Notes: a model not told the origin generated them from the sequence alone. 64,000 nucleotides of DNA from Nitrospinales bacterium (GCA_965223795.1 CBDCXL010000002.1:2656001-2720000); one strand, 5' to 3'. Positions 49,712 through 59,523 are shown, counted from the stretch's first letter. Numbers and translations are program-made.

Positions 49712-49913
49712 GGGGACGGATTTCCGGAGGAACGATCAGGATTGAACCGAGGAAGGGTTGATGTTTGTTTCCCTGTCGATCGGGAAACGGCTTCCTTTCA
49801 GAAACAACCTTCACATTGTAATTATTTTTCGCTGTATTACAAATGCCAATCTTTCCAATGTCTCTTCATTTCGGTGCGATGACAAGTAAAAATTTGGCGG
49901 CATCGTTGATGAT

Positions 49914-50288
49914 TCATTTGAGGGAAGGTTTCGCGTTCAGGATCGCATGCAGCCAGGGGTGTGAATCGGGCAGGCCGGGATCGAGCGCCAGGGCCTGCTG
50001 GTAAGCCCACGCTTCCTCGTCGAAGCGGTTCATCAGTCCAAAATTCAAACCCATGCCCAGGTACGCGAGCGCGAAGCGCGAATGCTGTTTGATGAACGCT
50101 TCAAACTCCTGCAGCGCCAGTGGGTAATAGCGGTCCTCCCGGTAGGCGATTTTGCCGAACGCTTTGTTGAGGTTGTACACCCTCCGGGCCTGATAGGGCT
50201 GGTAGGGCTTGAGCCTTTTATACAGGCGCACCTGACGGTGGTAGATGGATTGCGCGATGTGCTTCCGAGAGACGGTTTTTACGTTCAT
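49914..50288 (-). CDS. Small TPR-like hypothetical protein
   Basis: ALAYLGMGLNFGLMNRFDEEAWAYQQALALDP is TPR-like; start codon uncertain. Confidence 0.55.
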   Translation of the reverse strand: MNVKTVSRKHIAQSIYHRQVRLYKRLKPYQPYQARRVYNLNKAFGKIAYREDRYYPLALQEFEAFIKQHSRFALAYLGMGLNFGLMNRFDEEAWAYQQALALDPGLPDSHPWLHAILNAKPSLK

Positions 50289-50420
50289 ATAAAAACCCGA
50301 TCCGGAATTGTGGGGGAAGCGTTCCATTATAGCGGCAAGGGCGAAACCGGGACAAGGGGGGAACGCGTTTTCCGGATGCGCAAGGACCGTTGGGTCCACG
50401 ATCCCGCCGCATAGGCGGGA

Positions 50421-50927
50421 TCAATGGTGACCGGTGACGGCCGCCGCAACCGGGGAGGGCTGCGGAGTGGAGTCCGTGGACCGGAAACTGGCGGGGAACA
50501 GGCCGGAAGGACTGTCGTAAAAAGTCTCGTTGCCATTGAGGCCGTCCTCGTTCCGGTCTTTATAGATCAGATCCCAGTGTCCATCCTCATCGACATCCAT
50601 CACGTAAAACAGGGGTTCTTTGGCGGCGATGTAGTAAAACCGCGTGGTCTGGTAGTTCACGGAAAAAACCAGGCTGCCGGGATAGTGCCCGGTGACGGAT
50701 TCCACCGAATAGCCGGAGAAATAGGACGTGGTGACGACACGCAGGGTGTGAAAATTCTCTTTTCCGTTGTGGTTGGTGTCGTAGCCGACGAACAGCATGC
50801 CGTTCGGGGCGACGTGCCACGAAGTCTGCTGCGCCAGAGGCGGTTCTTTGAGGGGAGGCGGCTGGCTGTACACATCGGCCGGAGCCAGAGCCAGCAAGGC
50901 AAAAGTCAGGATCAGAAAGCGTTTCAT
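50421..50927 (-). CDS. Secreted hypothetical protein with DxDxDG-like Ca-binding loops
   Basis: Signal peptide MKRFLILTFALLAL; DTNHNG, DVDEDG and DRNEDG motifs. Confidence 0.75.
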   Translation of the reverse strand: MKRFLILTFALLALAPADVYSQPPPLKEPPLAQQTSWHVAPNGMLFVGYDTNHNGKENFHTLRVVTTSYFSGYSVESVTGHYPGSLVFSVNYQTTRFYYIAAKEPLFYVMDVDEDGHWDLIYKDRNEDGLNGNETFYDSPSGLFPASFRSTDSTPQPSPVAAAVTGHH

Positions 50928-51068
50928 TTGAAACACCCCCTTTCGCTTGGGAGGCATTCAAACGGGCTGGAGTCAACGCCTCCTAATTAAATTCTGCGGT
51001 CATGATGTTCTTTTCCGTTCTAATAAGGTGACCGGCCTGGGGCCGTATTTCGTTCACCAGTATTAATT

Positions 51069-51085
51069 TGCAAGCGCTGTGCCCA
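51069..51085 (-). promoter_or_regulatory. Sigma54 (-24/-12) promoter
   Basis: Minus strand TGGGCACAGCGCTTGCA (GG-N10-GC), facing the gene that starts at 50927. Confidence 0.6.
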
Positions 51086-51344
51086 GGTGTTTGAAAATCA
51101 TGGGTTTCCATATAACTCTTTTAAAAACAACTGGATAGTATTTCTGGGAAACTCATTTTCTGTGCATTTTTATGAAAATGAATCATTGAGTGCGCACTAT
51201 TTTATAAAAATTAGGCATATTTTGTCAGTTTTTTTGTTGAAAGCGGTCCTTTGGGTGGATGGCGCGTCCTGGGTCCGTAAAGGAAAGGAATGCGGCGGGA
51301 ATCCGACCGATTGAAACCGGGGGGCGGCTCAAAGGGGATTTGCA

Positions 51345-52055
51345 ATGGATGCGGAAAATAAGGCCGGTGAGGAAACATCAGGCGGAGCGGCCTGGATCAA
51401 GCCGGCTCTGCTGGTTCTTCTGATCGCGGCGCTGGTGGTGCTGGCCTGGACGAGCGGCGTGCAGGAGTGGCTCGATCCGGAGATGATCACGCAGACGCTG
51501 GAAGAGCTGGGCATGCTGGCGCCGTTCGTGTTCATGTTGACGATGGCGGCCGCCGTGGTCGTCAGCCCGATTCCCAGCCTGCCCCTGGATGCCGCCGCCG
51601 GCGCGGTGTTCGGCCCGTTCATGGGAACGGTGTACGCGCTCATCGGCGCCGAGGCCGGAGCGCTGATCAGTTTTTTCATCACCCGCAAGCTGGGCAAAGA
51701 GGCGGTGTCGCGCTGGCTGAAAAGCGACATCGGTTTCTGCTCGCAATGCAGCGAGAAATATCTGTTCCTGCTGATCCTGGGCGCGCGCCTGCTGCCGGTG
51801 TTCTCGTTCGATATCATCAGCTACGGGGCGGGGCTGACCCGCATTTCGACGCGCGGCTTCGCGGTCGCGACCTTCATCGGCATGATCCCGCCGACCTTCG
51901 CGTTCAATTATTTCGGCAGCGGCATTTTCTCCGGCTCGCGCACCGCCCTGATCCTCGGCGGGATCGTCGTGCTCCTCTCGCTTTTGGCGCCGCACTGGCT
52001 GAAACGCCGCAACCCCTGGGGGCTCTACGACCGTCTGGAAAAACACATGGAGTGA
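51345..52055 (+). CDS. TVP38/TMEM64 (DedA/VTT) family membrane protein
   Basis: SPIPS..AAGAVFG, ARLLPVFSFDIISYGAG and ATFIGMIP motifs. Confidence 0.9.
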   Translation: MDAENKAGEETSGGAAWIKPALLVLLIAALVVLAWTSGVQEWLDPEMITQTLEELGMLAPFVFMLTMAAAVVVSPIPSLPLDAAAGAVFGPFMGTVYALIGAEAGALISFFITRKLGKEAVSRWLKSDIGFCSQCSEKYLFLLILGARLLPVFSFDIISYGAGLTRISTRGFAVATFIGMIPPTFAFNYFGSGIFSGSRTALILGGIVVLLSLLAPHWLKRRNPWGLYDRLEKHME

Positions 52056-52101
52056 GGGCGCTGAACCGCGCCTGCGATTTGCCGGAAAGTGTGGATGCGG
52101 G

Positions 52102-52854
52102 TCAGGCGGTTTTTTCCTGCACGGAGGACGCCCGTTTTGACTTGAATCCCCGCCAGAGAAACCACGCCCAAACGGACATCATGCCGATCCAGCCCACCGC
52201 GGTTGTCTTTGCGGCGATGGCGGTGTCCTGCTCGATCAGTCCGAAGCGGAAAAACAGATTGCGCCAGTCGTGCGCGTCCTCTCCCAGCCCGCCGATCAAA
52301 GGCAGCGCCAGCGCGCGGGCGTCCGCCATGTAGACCGCCACGTCGATCAGGTTCTCGAAACACCAGAACAGGCCGAAGGCGAAACCCGCCGTGTCGCGGC
52401 GCGCCCAGAACGAAGCGGCGACGAGGGCGGGGATCAGGACCTGGTTGAGGCTGCCGCCGAACACGGTGAGCGTGCGGTTGCCGAACACCGCGAAGATCCA
52501 GTGACCGGCTTCGTGGAACACCAGATTCACCGTGTGCAGGAAGTACAGCACGGTGGAGTCGGAACCCATGGGGTCCTTGACAGCCAGCAGAAACACCACA
52601 AGGCCGAAAGCGAGCGAGAGACCTGCGAGTGCCTGCGGAGACACCGGGTTCCAGGGCGCCGCGGCGCGCTCAAGCAGCCATTCGACCCACCTGGGGTGAC
52701 GCGCTTCTTCTACATAATTTTCCCGGCCTGCGGGCGGCGCGGAAGCTCCGACCGCTTGTCTTTTCCGGACGGCGAAATACTTTTCGAGCACGATCCCGCA
52801 ACGGAGACAGGTGTCCGACTTTTTCTGCTCAAACGCACATTTGGGGCATTGCAT
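52102..52854 (-). CDS. Zinc-ribbon + M50B-like (HExxH) membrane protein
   Basis: N-terminal CPKC..CLRCG; LVFHEAGH, YMADARA and HDW motifs; multiple TM helices. Confidence 0.75.
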   Translation of the reverse strand: MQCPKCAFEQKKSDTCLRCGIVLEKYFAVRKRQAVGASAPPAGRENYVEEARHPRWVEWLLERAAAPWNPVSPQALAGLSLAFGLVVFLLAVKDPMGSDSTVLYFLHTVNLVFHEAGHWIFAVFGNRTLTVFGGSLNQVLIPALVAASFWARRDTAGFAFGLFWCFENLIDVAVYMADARALALPLIGGLGEDAHDWRNLFFRFGLIEQDTAIAAKTTAVGWIGMMSVWAWFLWRGFKSKRASSVQEKTA

Positions 52855-52895
52855 GGCTTTCGATGGACAGGTTTTTCATGAGCTTTCATTTAAAA

Positions 52896-52912
52896 AGCAA
52901 GAGCGGTGCCAA
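52896..52912 (-). promoter_or_regulatory. Sigma54 (-24/-12) promoter
   Basis: Minus strand TTGGCACCGCTCTTGCT, near consensus; an IHF-like AATCAATGACTT lies just upstream. Confidence 0.7.
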
Positions 52913-53134
52913 CTTAAAGTCATTGATTTATTGTAAGGTATCTGGGGCATGCGGTGTTGGGGTGTGTGAAACTTCAGACGTTTTCATTGCGGCGGGCACG
53001 GAAAGAGAAAGGGGAAAATGCGTGAAAAAGGGGACCTGCCCAGACTTTCGGTGGATTTGAAAACCGGATTCGGGAAAAAATTTTGACAAATGTGGATGTT
53101 GTAATCTTTTTAAAAACAATGCACTGAATATTTT

Positions 53135-53197
53135 TAGACAAAAATCTAAAATTTGTATAGATATTTTCTTGACAAATCTATACAAGTGTCGCATATT
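53135..53197 (+). promoter_or_regulatory. Promoter with CarH/LitR-type operator
   Basis: TTGACA (53169-53174)-N17-CATATT. Perfect inverted repeat TTGTATAGAT (53153-53162)/ATCTATACAA (53176-53185). TnnACA-like repeats at 53135, 53158, 53169 and 53179. Confidence 0.7.
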
Positions 53198-53258
53198 TGC
53201 TCCTAGATATATGACTCACTCACTGAGACACGAACCGTATCTGACAGGAGAAAACAAA

Positions 53259-53945
53259 ATGAAAACGACACAAAAATCCATCGTCCTCGCCGCCGCCCTT
53301 TCTTTGACCCTTTCCGCTCCCGCAACGGTGCTCGCGCATTCCGGCCACAATCACGAAGAGCTGCCGGTAACCTGGCAGTTCACGGATGCGACCCAGGATA
53401 AAGTGAAAACGAATTTCAGCGCCGCTTCCGGAAAAATCATCACCGGCCTGTCGCAGTTCGAACAGAAAAAACTCGACCGTTATGGAATCCAGGTGGGAGC
53501 CACTTTCAAGTCGGAGATCGCCGGCCATCCGGTGAAAGTGAAACGCACCACGATGGGGCTCGAGGTCCTGGGCGTGCAGCCTTTCGATCTCACTTCGGTG
53601 TGGCAGATTCCGATCCGCAAAGCGCATGGGGTTTCTCTTGTCGCCACCGGTTCCGTTCATCATGAAGGCCACGATCATGCGGTGAAACCGTATGAATGGG
53701 AATTCACGCAGGCCACCCAGAACCTCATCGTCAAACGCGTTGCCGAGCGCAAAAGCGCCTTCATCGGTCTGAATGAATTCGAACAGAAGCTGATGGACCG
53801 GTACAGTCTGAAAATCGGCAACATCTTCATGGCGGACGTTCAGGGACAGAAAATGCGGGTGGAGCGGACTTCCGGCGGCATCCGCGTGCAGTCCGTGGAC
53901 GATAACCCGACTCTGGCCAGCGCGACCGGCATGAGCCGCATGTGA
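53259..53945 (+). CDS. Secreted His-rich protein with two ~85-aa repeats, unrecognised family
   Basis: AGGAG RBS; signal peptide ending VLA; each repeat is H-rich-WxFTxATQ..GLxxFEQKxxDRY..RTxxG. Confidence 0.8.
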   Translation: MKTTQKSIVLAAALSLTLSAPATVLAHSGHNHEELPVTWQFTDATQDKVKTNFSAASGKIITGLSQFEQKKLDRYGIQVGATFKSEIAGHPVKVKRTTMGLEVLGVQPFDLTSVWQIPIRKAHGVSLVATGSVHHEGHDHAVKPYEWEFTQATQNLIVKRVAERKSAFIGLNEFEQKLMDRYSLKIGNIFMADVQGQKMRVERTSGGIRVQSVDDNPTLASATGMSRM

Positions 53946-54010
53946 GTCCCGCTTGCGAATCGGTAACACGCTGAGCAAGCCGTCAACGCAAACGCGATCA
54001 CCCAACCCAG

Positions 54011-54034
54011 GCCGGGAGGGATTTCCCTCCCGGC
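54011..54034 (+). other. Intercistronic hairpin
   Basis: 10-bp stem gccgggaggg/ccctcccggc, no U tract. Confidence 0.5.
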
Positions 54035-54051
54035 TCCGTGCGAAAGGCGCC

Positions 54052-54969
54052 ATGAACGCAACCCCCAAAGACCTGCTCACCATCGGCGAGCTTTCCCGGC
54101 TGACCGGGATCAGCACCTACACGCTGAGGATGTGGGAGAAACGCTACGGGATGCCGCGCAACCAGCGCCTGCCTTCGGGGCACCGCCGCTACCCGCGCGA
54201 GGAAGTCCCGCGGCTGCGGGCCATCGCCAAGGCGCTGGAGGAGGGGTACCGCGCGAGCAAGGTGGTGTGCGGTTCGTTGGAAGAACTCACCCATCTGCTC
54301 GGTCTCCATCTTCCGCTTTCCGCCACGGGAGAGCCCGAGACAGCCGAAACGCAGGACACCGCCAGCCTGGTCCAGGTGGAAAAGTGGATCGAGGCGGTGC
54401 ACCGGTTCGACGAGGCCACCCTGACGCAGGAGTTTTACGATGCCTGGGCCCGCATGGGGCCGATGGAGTTCATCCAGAACTTGGCGGCGCCGTTCACCAC
54501 GCAGGTGGGGCTGTGCTGGGAAACGGGGGAGCTTTCGGTCTCGCACGAACATTTTGCTTCGGAACGGCTGGAGCATTTTCTCAGCACGCAGTGGCGCCGG
54601 ATGAACGAACGCAAGCAGGGCCCTTGCGTGGTGCTGACGACGCTGCCGGGAGACCCGCACCGGCTGGGGATCGCCATGTGTGCGGTGGTGACGGCGCTGA
54701 CAGAGCGCAAGGTCGTCTACCTGGGGCCGGACACGCCGCTGGACGCGGTGGCGCTTTCGGTCCAGCGCTGCGACGCCCGCATTCTGGCCCTCAGCATTTC
54801 CCCCACGATGGATGCGGACGAAATCGACCGGCTGCTGTTGTCGCTGCGGAAACAGGTGCCGCGCAAAATCGAAATCGTGGTGGGAGGGGAGGGCGCCCCG
54901 GAAACGATCACGGGCGTCACCCGCTTCGACCGGTTTCCCGATTATTTCGACTGGCTCGGCAATCATTGA
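54052..54969 (+). CDS. CarH/LitR-family MerR-HTH cobalamin-binding regulator
   Basis: MerR HTH TIGELSRLTG..TLRMWEKRYG..GHRRY; W-x9-EH (WETGELSVSHEH); DxHxxG (GDPHRLG); VYLGPDTP. Confidence 0.9.
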   Translation: MNATPKDLLTIGELSRLTGISTYTLRMWEKRYGMPRNQRLPSGHRRYPREEVPRLRAIAKALEEGYRASKVVCGSLEELTHLLGLHLPLSATGEPETAETQDTASLVQVEKWIEAVHRFDEATLTQEFYDAWARMGPMEFIQNLAAPFTTQVGLCWETGELSVSHEHFASERLEHFLSTQWRRMNERKQGPCVVLTTLPGDPHRLGIAMCAVVTALTERKVVYLGPDTPLDAVALSVQRCDARILALSISPTMDADEIDRLLLSLRKQVPRKIEIVVGGEGAPETITGVTRFDRFPDYFDWLGNH

Positions 54970-55009
54970 GAGCCGTTCTTCCACCCGTCCTTTCTGGAAG
55001 GAATCGATC

Positions 55010-56065
55010 ATGAGAAAAAAAATCCTGGTGGCGGGCGCCACCGGTTACATCGGCACGCATCTCGTCGCGGCGCTGCGACAGGGCGGTTATCCGCTGCGCT
55101 GCCTGGTGCGCAATCCGGACGCGTTTGAGAACGGGCAGGGCTGTGAGGTGGTGCGCGGGGATCTTCTGGATGCAGCCAGCCTGCGCACGGCGTTCGAGGG
55201 CATCGACACCGCGTTCTACCTGGTGCACAGCCTCGACGCAGGGGCGGATTTCGAACGTCTGGAAATCGAGGCCGCTGCCCATTTCGGCGAGGCCGCCCGC
55301 ACCGCGGGCGTGAAGCGGATCGTCTATCTCGGCGCGCTCGGCAGCTCCGAACACGGGCCGTTGTCGCCGCATCTCAAAAGCCGGAAAGAAGTCGGCAACG
55401 TGCTGCGCGCATCGGGCGTGCCGGTGCTGGAGTTTCAGGCGTCGATCATTCTGGGCGCGGGCAGCCTGTCGTTCGAGATGATCCGCAAGCTGTCGGAACG
55501 GCTGCCGGTGATGCTCATGCCGCGCTGGGTGCGGACGCCGGCGCAGCCCATTCACATCCGGGACGTCTTGCACTATCTGGTTCAGGCGGTCGAACTGGAC
55601 TTGAACGGGCATGAGATCTTTCAAATCGGCGGCCGCGACCGGGTTTCCTACCGCGACCTGATCACGGAGTACGCGAAGCAGCGCGGACTCAAACGCTGGC
55701 TGATCCCGGTGCCGGTGCTGACGCCGCGGCTTTCCAGCCTGTGGCTCATGCTGGTCACGCCGTTGCATTTCAAGGTGGGACGCAAGCTGATCGAGAGCAT
55801 CAAAAACCCGACCTGGGTGCAGGACGAAAGTGCGGCCAGGCGGTTTCCCGGCATCCAGCCCATCGGCGTCGCCGAAGCCATTGCCCAGGCGCTGCGGGAA
55901 AATCCGGATCAGCCGGTGTGGGAACGTCAGCCGAACGGGAATGCGGCGTCCCCGGATGCGACGCAAACCACGGAGAATGAAGAACCCCTTCCTATCAGTT
56001 CGCGCAAAATTTATAAAAATTCCGGCATCGCGTACGAGAAAGTCGAAGGCCGCATCAACCCTTGA
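55010..56065 (+). CDS. NAD(P)-binding atypical SDR (YbjT-like)
   Basis: VAGATGYIG, AFYLVHS, HLKSR, GSLSFEMIR and TPRLSSLWL motifs. Confidence 0.88.
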   Translation: MRKKILVAGATGYIGTHLVAALRQGGYPLRCLVRNPDAFENGQGCEVVRGDLLDAASLRTAFEGIDTAFYLVHSLDAGADFERLEIEAAAHFGEAARTAGVKRIVYLGALGSSEHGPLSPHLKSRKEVGNVLRASGVPVLEFQASIILGAGSLSFEMIRKLSERLPVMLMPRWVRTPAQPIHIRDVLHYLVQAVELDLNGHEIFQIGGRDRVSYRDLITEYAKQRGLKRWLIPVPVLTPRLSSLWLMLVTPLHFKVGRKLIESIKNPTWVQDESAARRFPGIQPIGVAEAIAQALRENPDQPVWERQPNGNAASPDATQTTENEEPLPISSRKIYKNSGIAYEKVEGRINP

Positions 56066-57407
56066 TCAATTGGGAGTGCGGGTAGGCGGAAAACCAGCCG
56101 AACCAGAACGCGCGGTAGGCCGGCAGCCGCGGCAGTTTCTGTTTCCCGTCCTTTGAGATCAGCGCGTCTTCGGTCACCTGCCAGCGCCGGCCTTTCGCAT
56201 CGGTGGCGGTGAATTCGCGGTCCCAGGATTGGAACGTCACGCCGCCCGCGTTGTACACCCGGTTGGCGCCGGAGGCGTCGGTCAGCACCACGTAGTTCAC
56301 CGTGCCAAGCGCGTTCTGGTACACCGGGTTGTCCAGCAGGTGGGCTGCGGCGATGGCCAGCGGCTTGTCGGGATGCTGCGGAAACAGAAGCGCCAGGATT
56401 TCCGCTTTGTTCTTGAGCCGCTTGTCGAGTTTGGGAACGTTGAACATCAGTTCATCGGTCGCGAAATACCGCCGGTAGGCGGCGCCCTCGCTGTAATCGC
56501 GGAAATGCCCCGTGTTGAGGGACAGCACTTTCGAGTCCGGATGACGCTTTTTCCATTCCCCCCAGGTCGAAGTCACCACGCCGCGGTACTTGAGCTCGAT
56601 GCCCTTGCCGACCAGCGGCCCGATCACCGGTTTGCCCCAGAACGTGTTCCATAAAGACTGAGTGGCCTTGTCGTACATGAGCTTGTTGGAGCGGTATAGA
56701 AATCCGCTGGTGCCGAGCCTGTGGTTCGTGCCGTCGAGCGTGGTTTGGTAGAGGATCATGGAGCCGCACAGGGTGCAGTAGACGCCCGCGACCGGCAGGC
56801 CGCCGACGGTGTCCACGAACATCTCGTGCCAGGCGAGGATGCGCTTTGGATAAGCGCGCGCGTCGCCGTTCACGGTCAGGCCGAACACGACGTGATCGTC
56901 TTTCAGGTAGTCCGCTTGAGCGGCCGGGATCATTTCCGGATCGCGCAGGGGCGGGATGCCATCTTGAAGCACGCCGCCCCAGCGCACCTCATCGAGCCGG
57001 ATGGTCACAGGATGGCTGTCCGCAAAGTAGGCGCCGAACTTGGGGTCGATGCGCTTGTACAATTCTCCCTTGAAACGGGCGTAGTGCGGGTGCTTGTTCT
57101 CCTCGCGGTTCCACAGCCACTCGTACCAGGCGTTGACGTCGTAGCCGAATTTCCGGCCGGTGTGTTTTTCCAGCAGGCCGATCAGTGCGCGGGTCAGCCC
57201 GGGATCGCGGCTGAGGTGCATGGTTTCCAGGATCATCGGGACGAAGGAAGGCTGCCAGTGCGCGTCCACCCGCTCGAACGCCGCCGAATCCGCTCCCTCG
57301 GACAACAGGTCGAGCACGTCGTCGATCGTGGCTTTCTTTGCCGAGGCGCAGGCGGAAACAGGAAAGGCAAACACCATCAGCAAAAAAAACAGGGCGGCTC
57401 TCCGCAT
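56055..57407 (-). CDS. DUF3179 domain secreted protein (CxxC)
   Basis: WGGV..DGIPPL, ARAYP..ILAWHE, YCTLCGS, SGFLYRSN..MYD and FWFGW motifs. Confidence 0.85.
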   Translation of the reverse strand: MRRAALFFLLMVFAFPVSACASAKKATIDDVLDLLSEGADSAAFERVDAHWQPSFVPMILETMHLSRDPGLTRALIGLLEKHTGRKFGYDVNAWYEWLWNREENKHPHYARFKGELYKRIDPKFGAYFADSHPVTIRLDEVRWGGVLQDGIPPLRDPEMIPAAQADYLKDDHVVFGLTVNGDARAYPKRILAWHEMFVDTVGGLPVAGVYCTLCGSMILYQTTLDGTNHRLGTSGFLYRSNKLMYDKATQSLWNTFWGKPVIGPLVGKGIELKYRGVVTSTWGEWKKRHPDSKVLSLNTGHFRDYSEGAAYRRYFATDELMFNVPKLDKRLKNKAEILALLFPQHPDKPLAIAAAHLLDNPVYQNALGTVNYVVLTDASGANRVYNAGGVTFQSWDREFTATDAKGRRWQVTEDALISKDGKQKLPRLPAYRAFWFGWFSAYPHSQLIKG

Positions 57408-57561
57408 CGTTTCGGCTCCTTTAATACTTTGGGAAAAGATCGGAATTTCTTTCAACAGCGGCCGCGGTGAACGGGCGCTGTCTAATCGAAGTCGGAAGAA
57501 GGCCGGTTTGCTTACGATGTCTGTGCGGAGAGCCGCCCCGGTTTCAGCGGAGGCCCTGGAA

Positions 57562-59523
57562 CTACTGTAAAACAAATGCTTTCATGCCATCCGGCGCGAT
57601 GCCGGGGACAGCGGTATCCGGATTCGCCAGCGCCATGGTCCCTTCACGGAAAAACTTGGTCAGCATCAGGTTTATGTGGATCGTCTGTCCGGCTTTCAGC
57701 GTTTCCGTTCCCAGCCAGCGTGCGGGAAGGAACGCCTCGAAGGCGATGTGCGGGTTGGTTTTTTCCAGTTCCTGCACGTGCCCGCGGACCGGAATTTCCT
57801 TTGCCGTCTGATCCGGCGCGTAGCGGACCAGGCGGGGGGCGATGCCATCGCCGGAGGTGTCCGCACCTGTGTGTGCACCGGATTTTTGCGGAACCATGTG
57901 AATGGCGTGGTGATGCGTGTTCTCTGCGTCGTCTTTCACCAGGATGTGCATCTGAAAGGTTTCAGACAGAGGGAACCCGTCCTTGTGATCGAGCAGGGCG
58001 CGGTCGAGGTAGTTCTGCGCGTGGCTCGCCAAATACAGGCCTTCCGGACGCCACGCCACGTGCACGTCGGCAAATTGCAGGGTCTCCCCTGTGGTCTCAA
58101 AACCGGTCAGGCGCGTTTTGAGGTGATCCCAGTCGGTCAGCGACCGGTCGTCGACCTGGATGGGATTTTCCGCCCGGTGCAGCACGCGCTCCGGCTTAGG
58201 GGTTTTTCCGGTCTCGCCCCAGCCTTCCCGGTGGATGGTTTCCAGATGCGGGTTGAGGTTGCGGAACACCTGGGCGACTTTCTGATAGGGGCGGTTGGCG
58301 ATGTCGATGAGTCCCATGTTGTAGTCCTCGCCGTCGTAGCGGCCGCCGGTGGGCTCGTCGGTGAATTGAAACCAGTGCATCCCGACGATGTTGGGAATGC
58401 GGGCGAAATGGATCAGCGCGTTGGCCAGGCCGTAGGCCCGTTCGGTCTGGGTTTTGACTTTCAGGAAGGGCCCCGGCTTGTCGTTGATCCGGTTGAGATT
58501 GCCGCTGCGGTTTTCGTCGGCGGCCAGATAAAACTCCGTGATGAGGACCGGCTTGCCGGTCAGCCGCTCGATGCCCTCAAAGTAATAGGGCGTCACCCAT
58601 CCATCCTGCGTGTTGACATTGTAGTTGAGGGAGATAACATCGACATACTCCCTGGCCGCGCGGACCGCATTCTCATGGTAGTAGATCGGGTAGCGGTCGC
58701 CGAGGATCAGGGCGCCCGGATGCGCTTTGCGCAGCGCATCGTGCACCACCTGATAGTAGCGGCGGGCGCAGAGAAAGGTGAAGCGGTTGACGACCTGGAT
58801 GCCCTGTCCACCGGGCCTGAGCTTGAGCCCGGCGCCGGCCTGCTTCAAATCCTCGAAACTCTTCTCGCCACCCTGCGGAACCCAGTCCCACAACAGGTGT
58901 TCCCACCGGCCTGCATAGGTTTTGTGCAGCAGCCGCCACAGGACCTGCTTGGTCTGTATGTCCCATCCCTTTTTCAGATACCAGCTGAACAGGGGACCGT
59001 TCCACCATCCGACTTCGTTGTCGGTGAAATAGCCGACCAGCCAGGGATCGTTTTTGTAGGGCGCGGTCAGCTCTATGGCTTTTTCGTGAGCTCTGGCGTC
59101 GTTGACCGGGTCGAACACATCGTCCCAGATCAGCTTGATGTGCTCGCCGAGATGCAGCGACACCATCAAGGGAAACTCAAGGTCGGAAGAGGGGTCCGAC
59201 CAGCCCCCGCGTGTGTTGAATCCCCAGTCCCGCATGCGGCTGCTGAGAGAGGAACGCCAGTGTTCGATCGTGGGGAAATGGTTGTCCCAGTAGTAGGCTT
59301 TACCCGCAAGGCTTTTGGGATTCGGCTCGCCGCCGTCGATGACGTTGATCCCCTTGGAATAAAACGGGCTGCCGTTGGGGGCACGGAGCCAGTGGACGCC
59401 GTCGCGCTGCATGACGCTCCAGGTTTTTTCGGAGCTGGAGCCGGCAGCCGAATTCGCGGCGGACACGAGGATGAATGTGTGAACCAGAAATAGGACTGAC
59501 GAGAATAGCCGGTTTGGGTGCAT
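57562..59523 (-). CDS. Secreted clan GH-A glycoside hydrolase (GH50/agarase-like) with C-terminal sugar-binding-like domain
   Basis: WGFNT, LVGYFTDNE (acid/base), PVLITEF (nucleophile), VGMHWFQFTDEP and DGEDYNMG motifs. Confidence 0.78.
   Translation of the reverse strand: MHPNRLFSSVLFLVHTFILVSAANSAAGSSSEKTWSVMQRDGVHWLRAPNGSPFYSKGINVIDGGEPNPKSLAGKAYYWDNHFPTIEHWRSSLSSRMRDWGFNTRGGWSDPSSDLEFPLMVSLHLGEHIKLIWDDVFDPVNDARAHEKAIELTAPYKNDPWLVGYFTDNEVGWWNGPLFSWYLKKGWDIQTKQVLWRLLHKTYAGRWEHLLWDWVPQGGEKSFEDLKQAGAGLKLRPGGQGIQVVNRFTFLCARRYYQVVHDALRKAHPGALILGDRYPIYYHENAVRAAREYVDVISLNYNVNTQDGWVTPYYFEGIERLTGKPVLITEFYLAADENRSGNLNRINDKPGPFLKVKTQTERAYGLANALIHFARIPNIVGMHWFQFTDEPTGGRYDGEDYNMGLIDIANRPYQKVAQVFRNLNPHLETIHREGWGETGKTPKPERVLHRAENPIQVDDRSLTDWDHLKTRLTGFETTGETLQFADVHVAWRPEGLYLASHAQNYLDRALLDHKDGFPLSETFQMHILVKDDAENTHHHAIHMVPQKSGAHTGADTSGDGIAPRLVRYAPDQTAKEIPVRGHVQELEKTNPHIAFEAFLPARWLGTETLKAGQTIHINLMLTKFFREGTMALANPDTAVPGIAPDGMKAFVLQ

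Noticed and set aside
49816..49842. TTGTAAT-N13-ATTACAA palindrome upstream of the MMPL gene
   Set aside because: Short, in AT-rich DNA, with no cognate regulator nearby; could be chance.
56055..57407. Selenocysteine in the DUF3179, YHS or redoxin proteins
   Set aside because: The relevant positions are ordinary Cys codons and there is no in-frame TGA.
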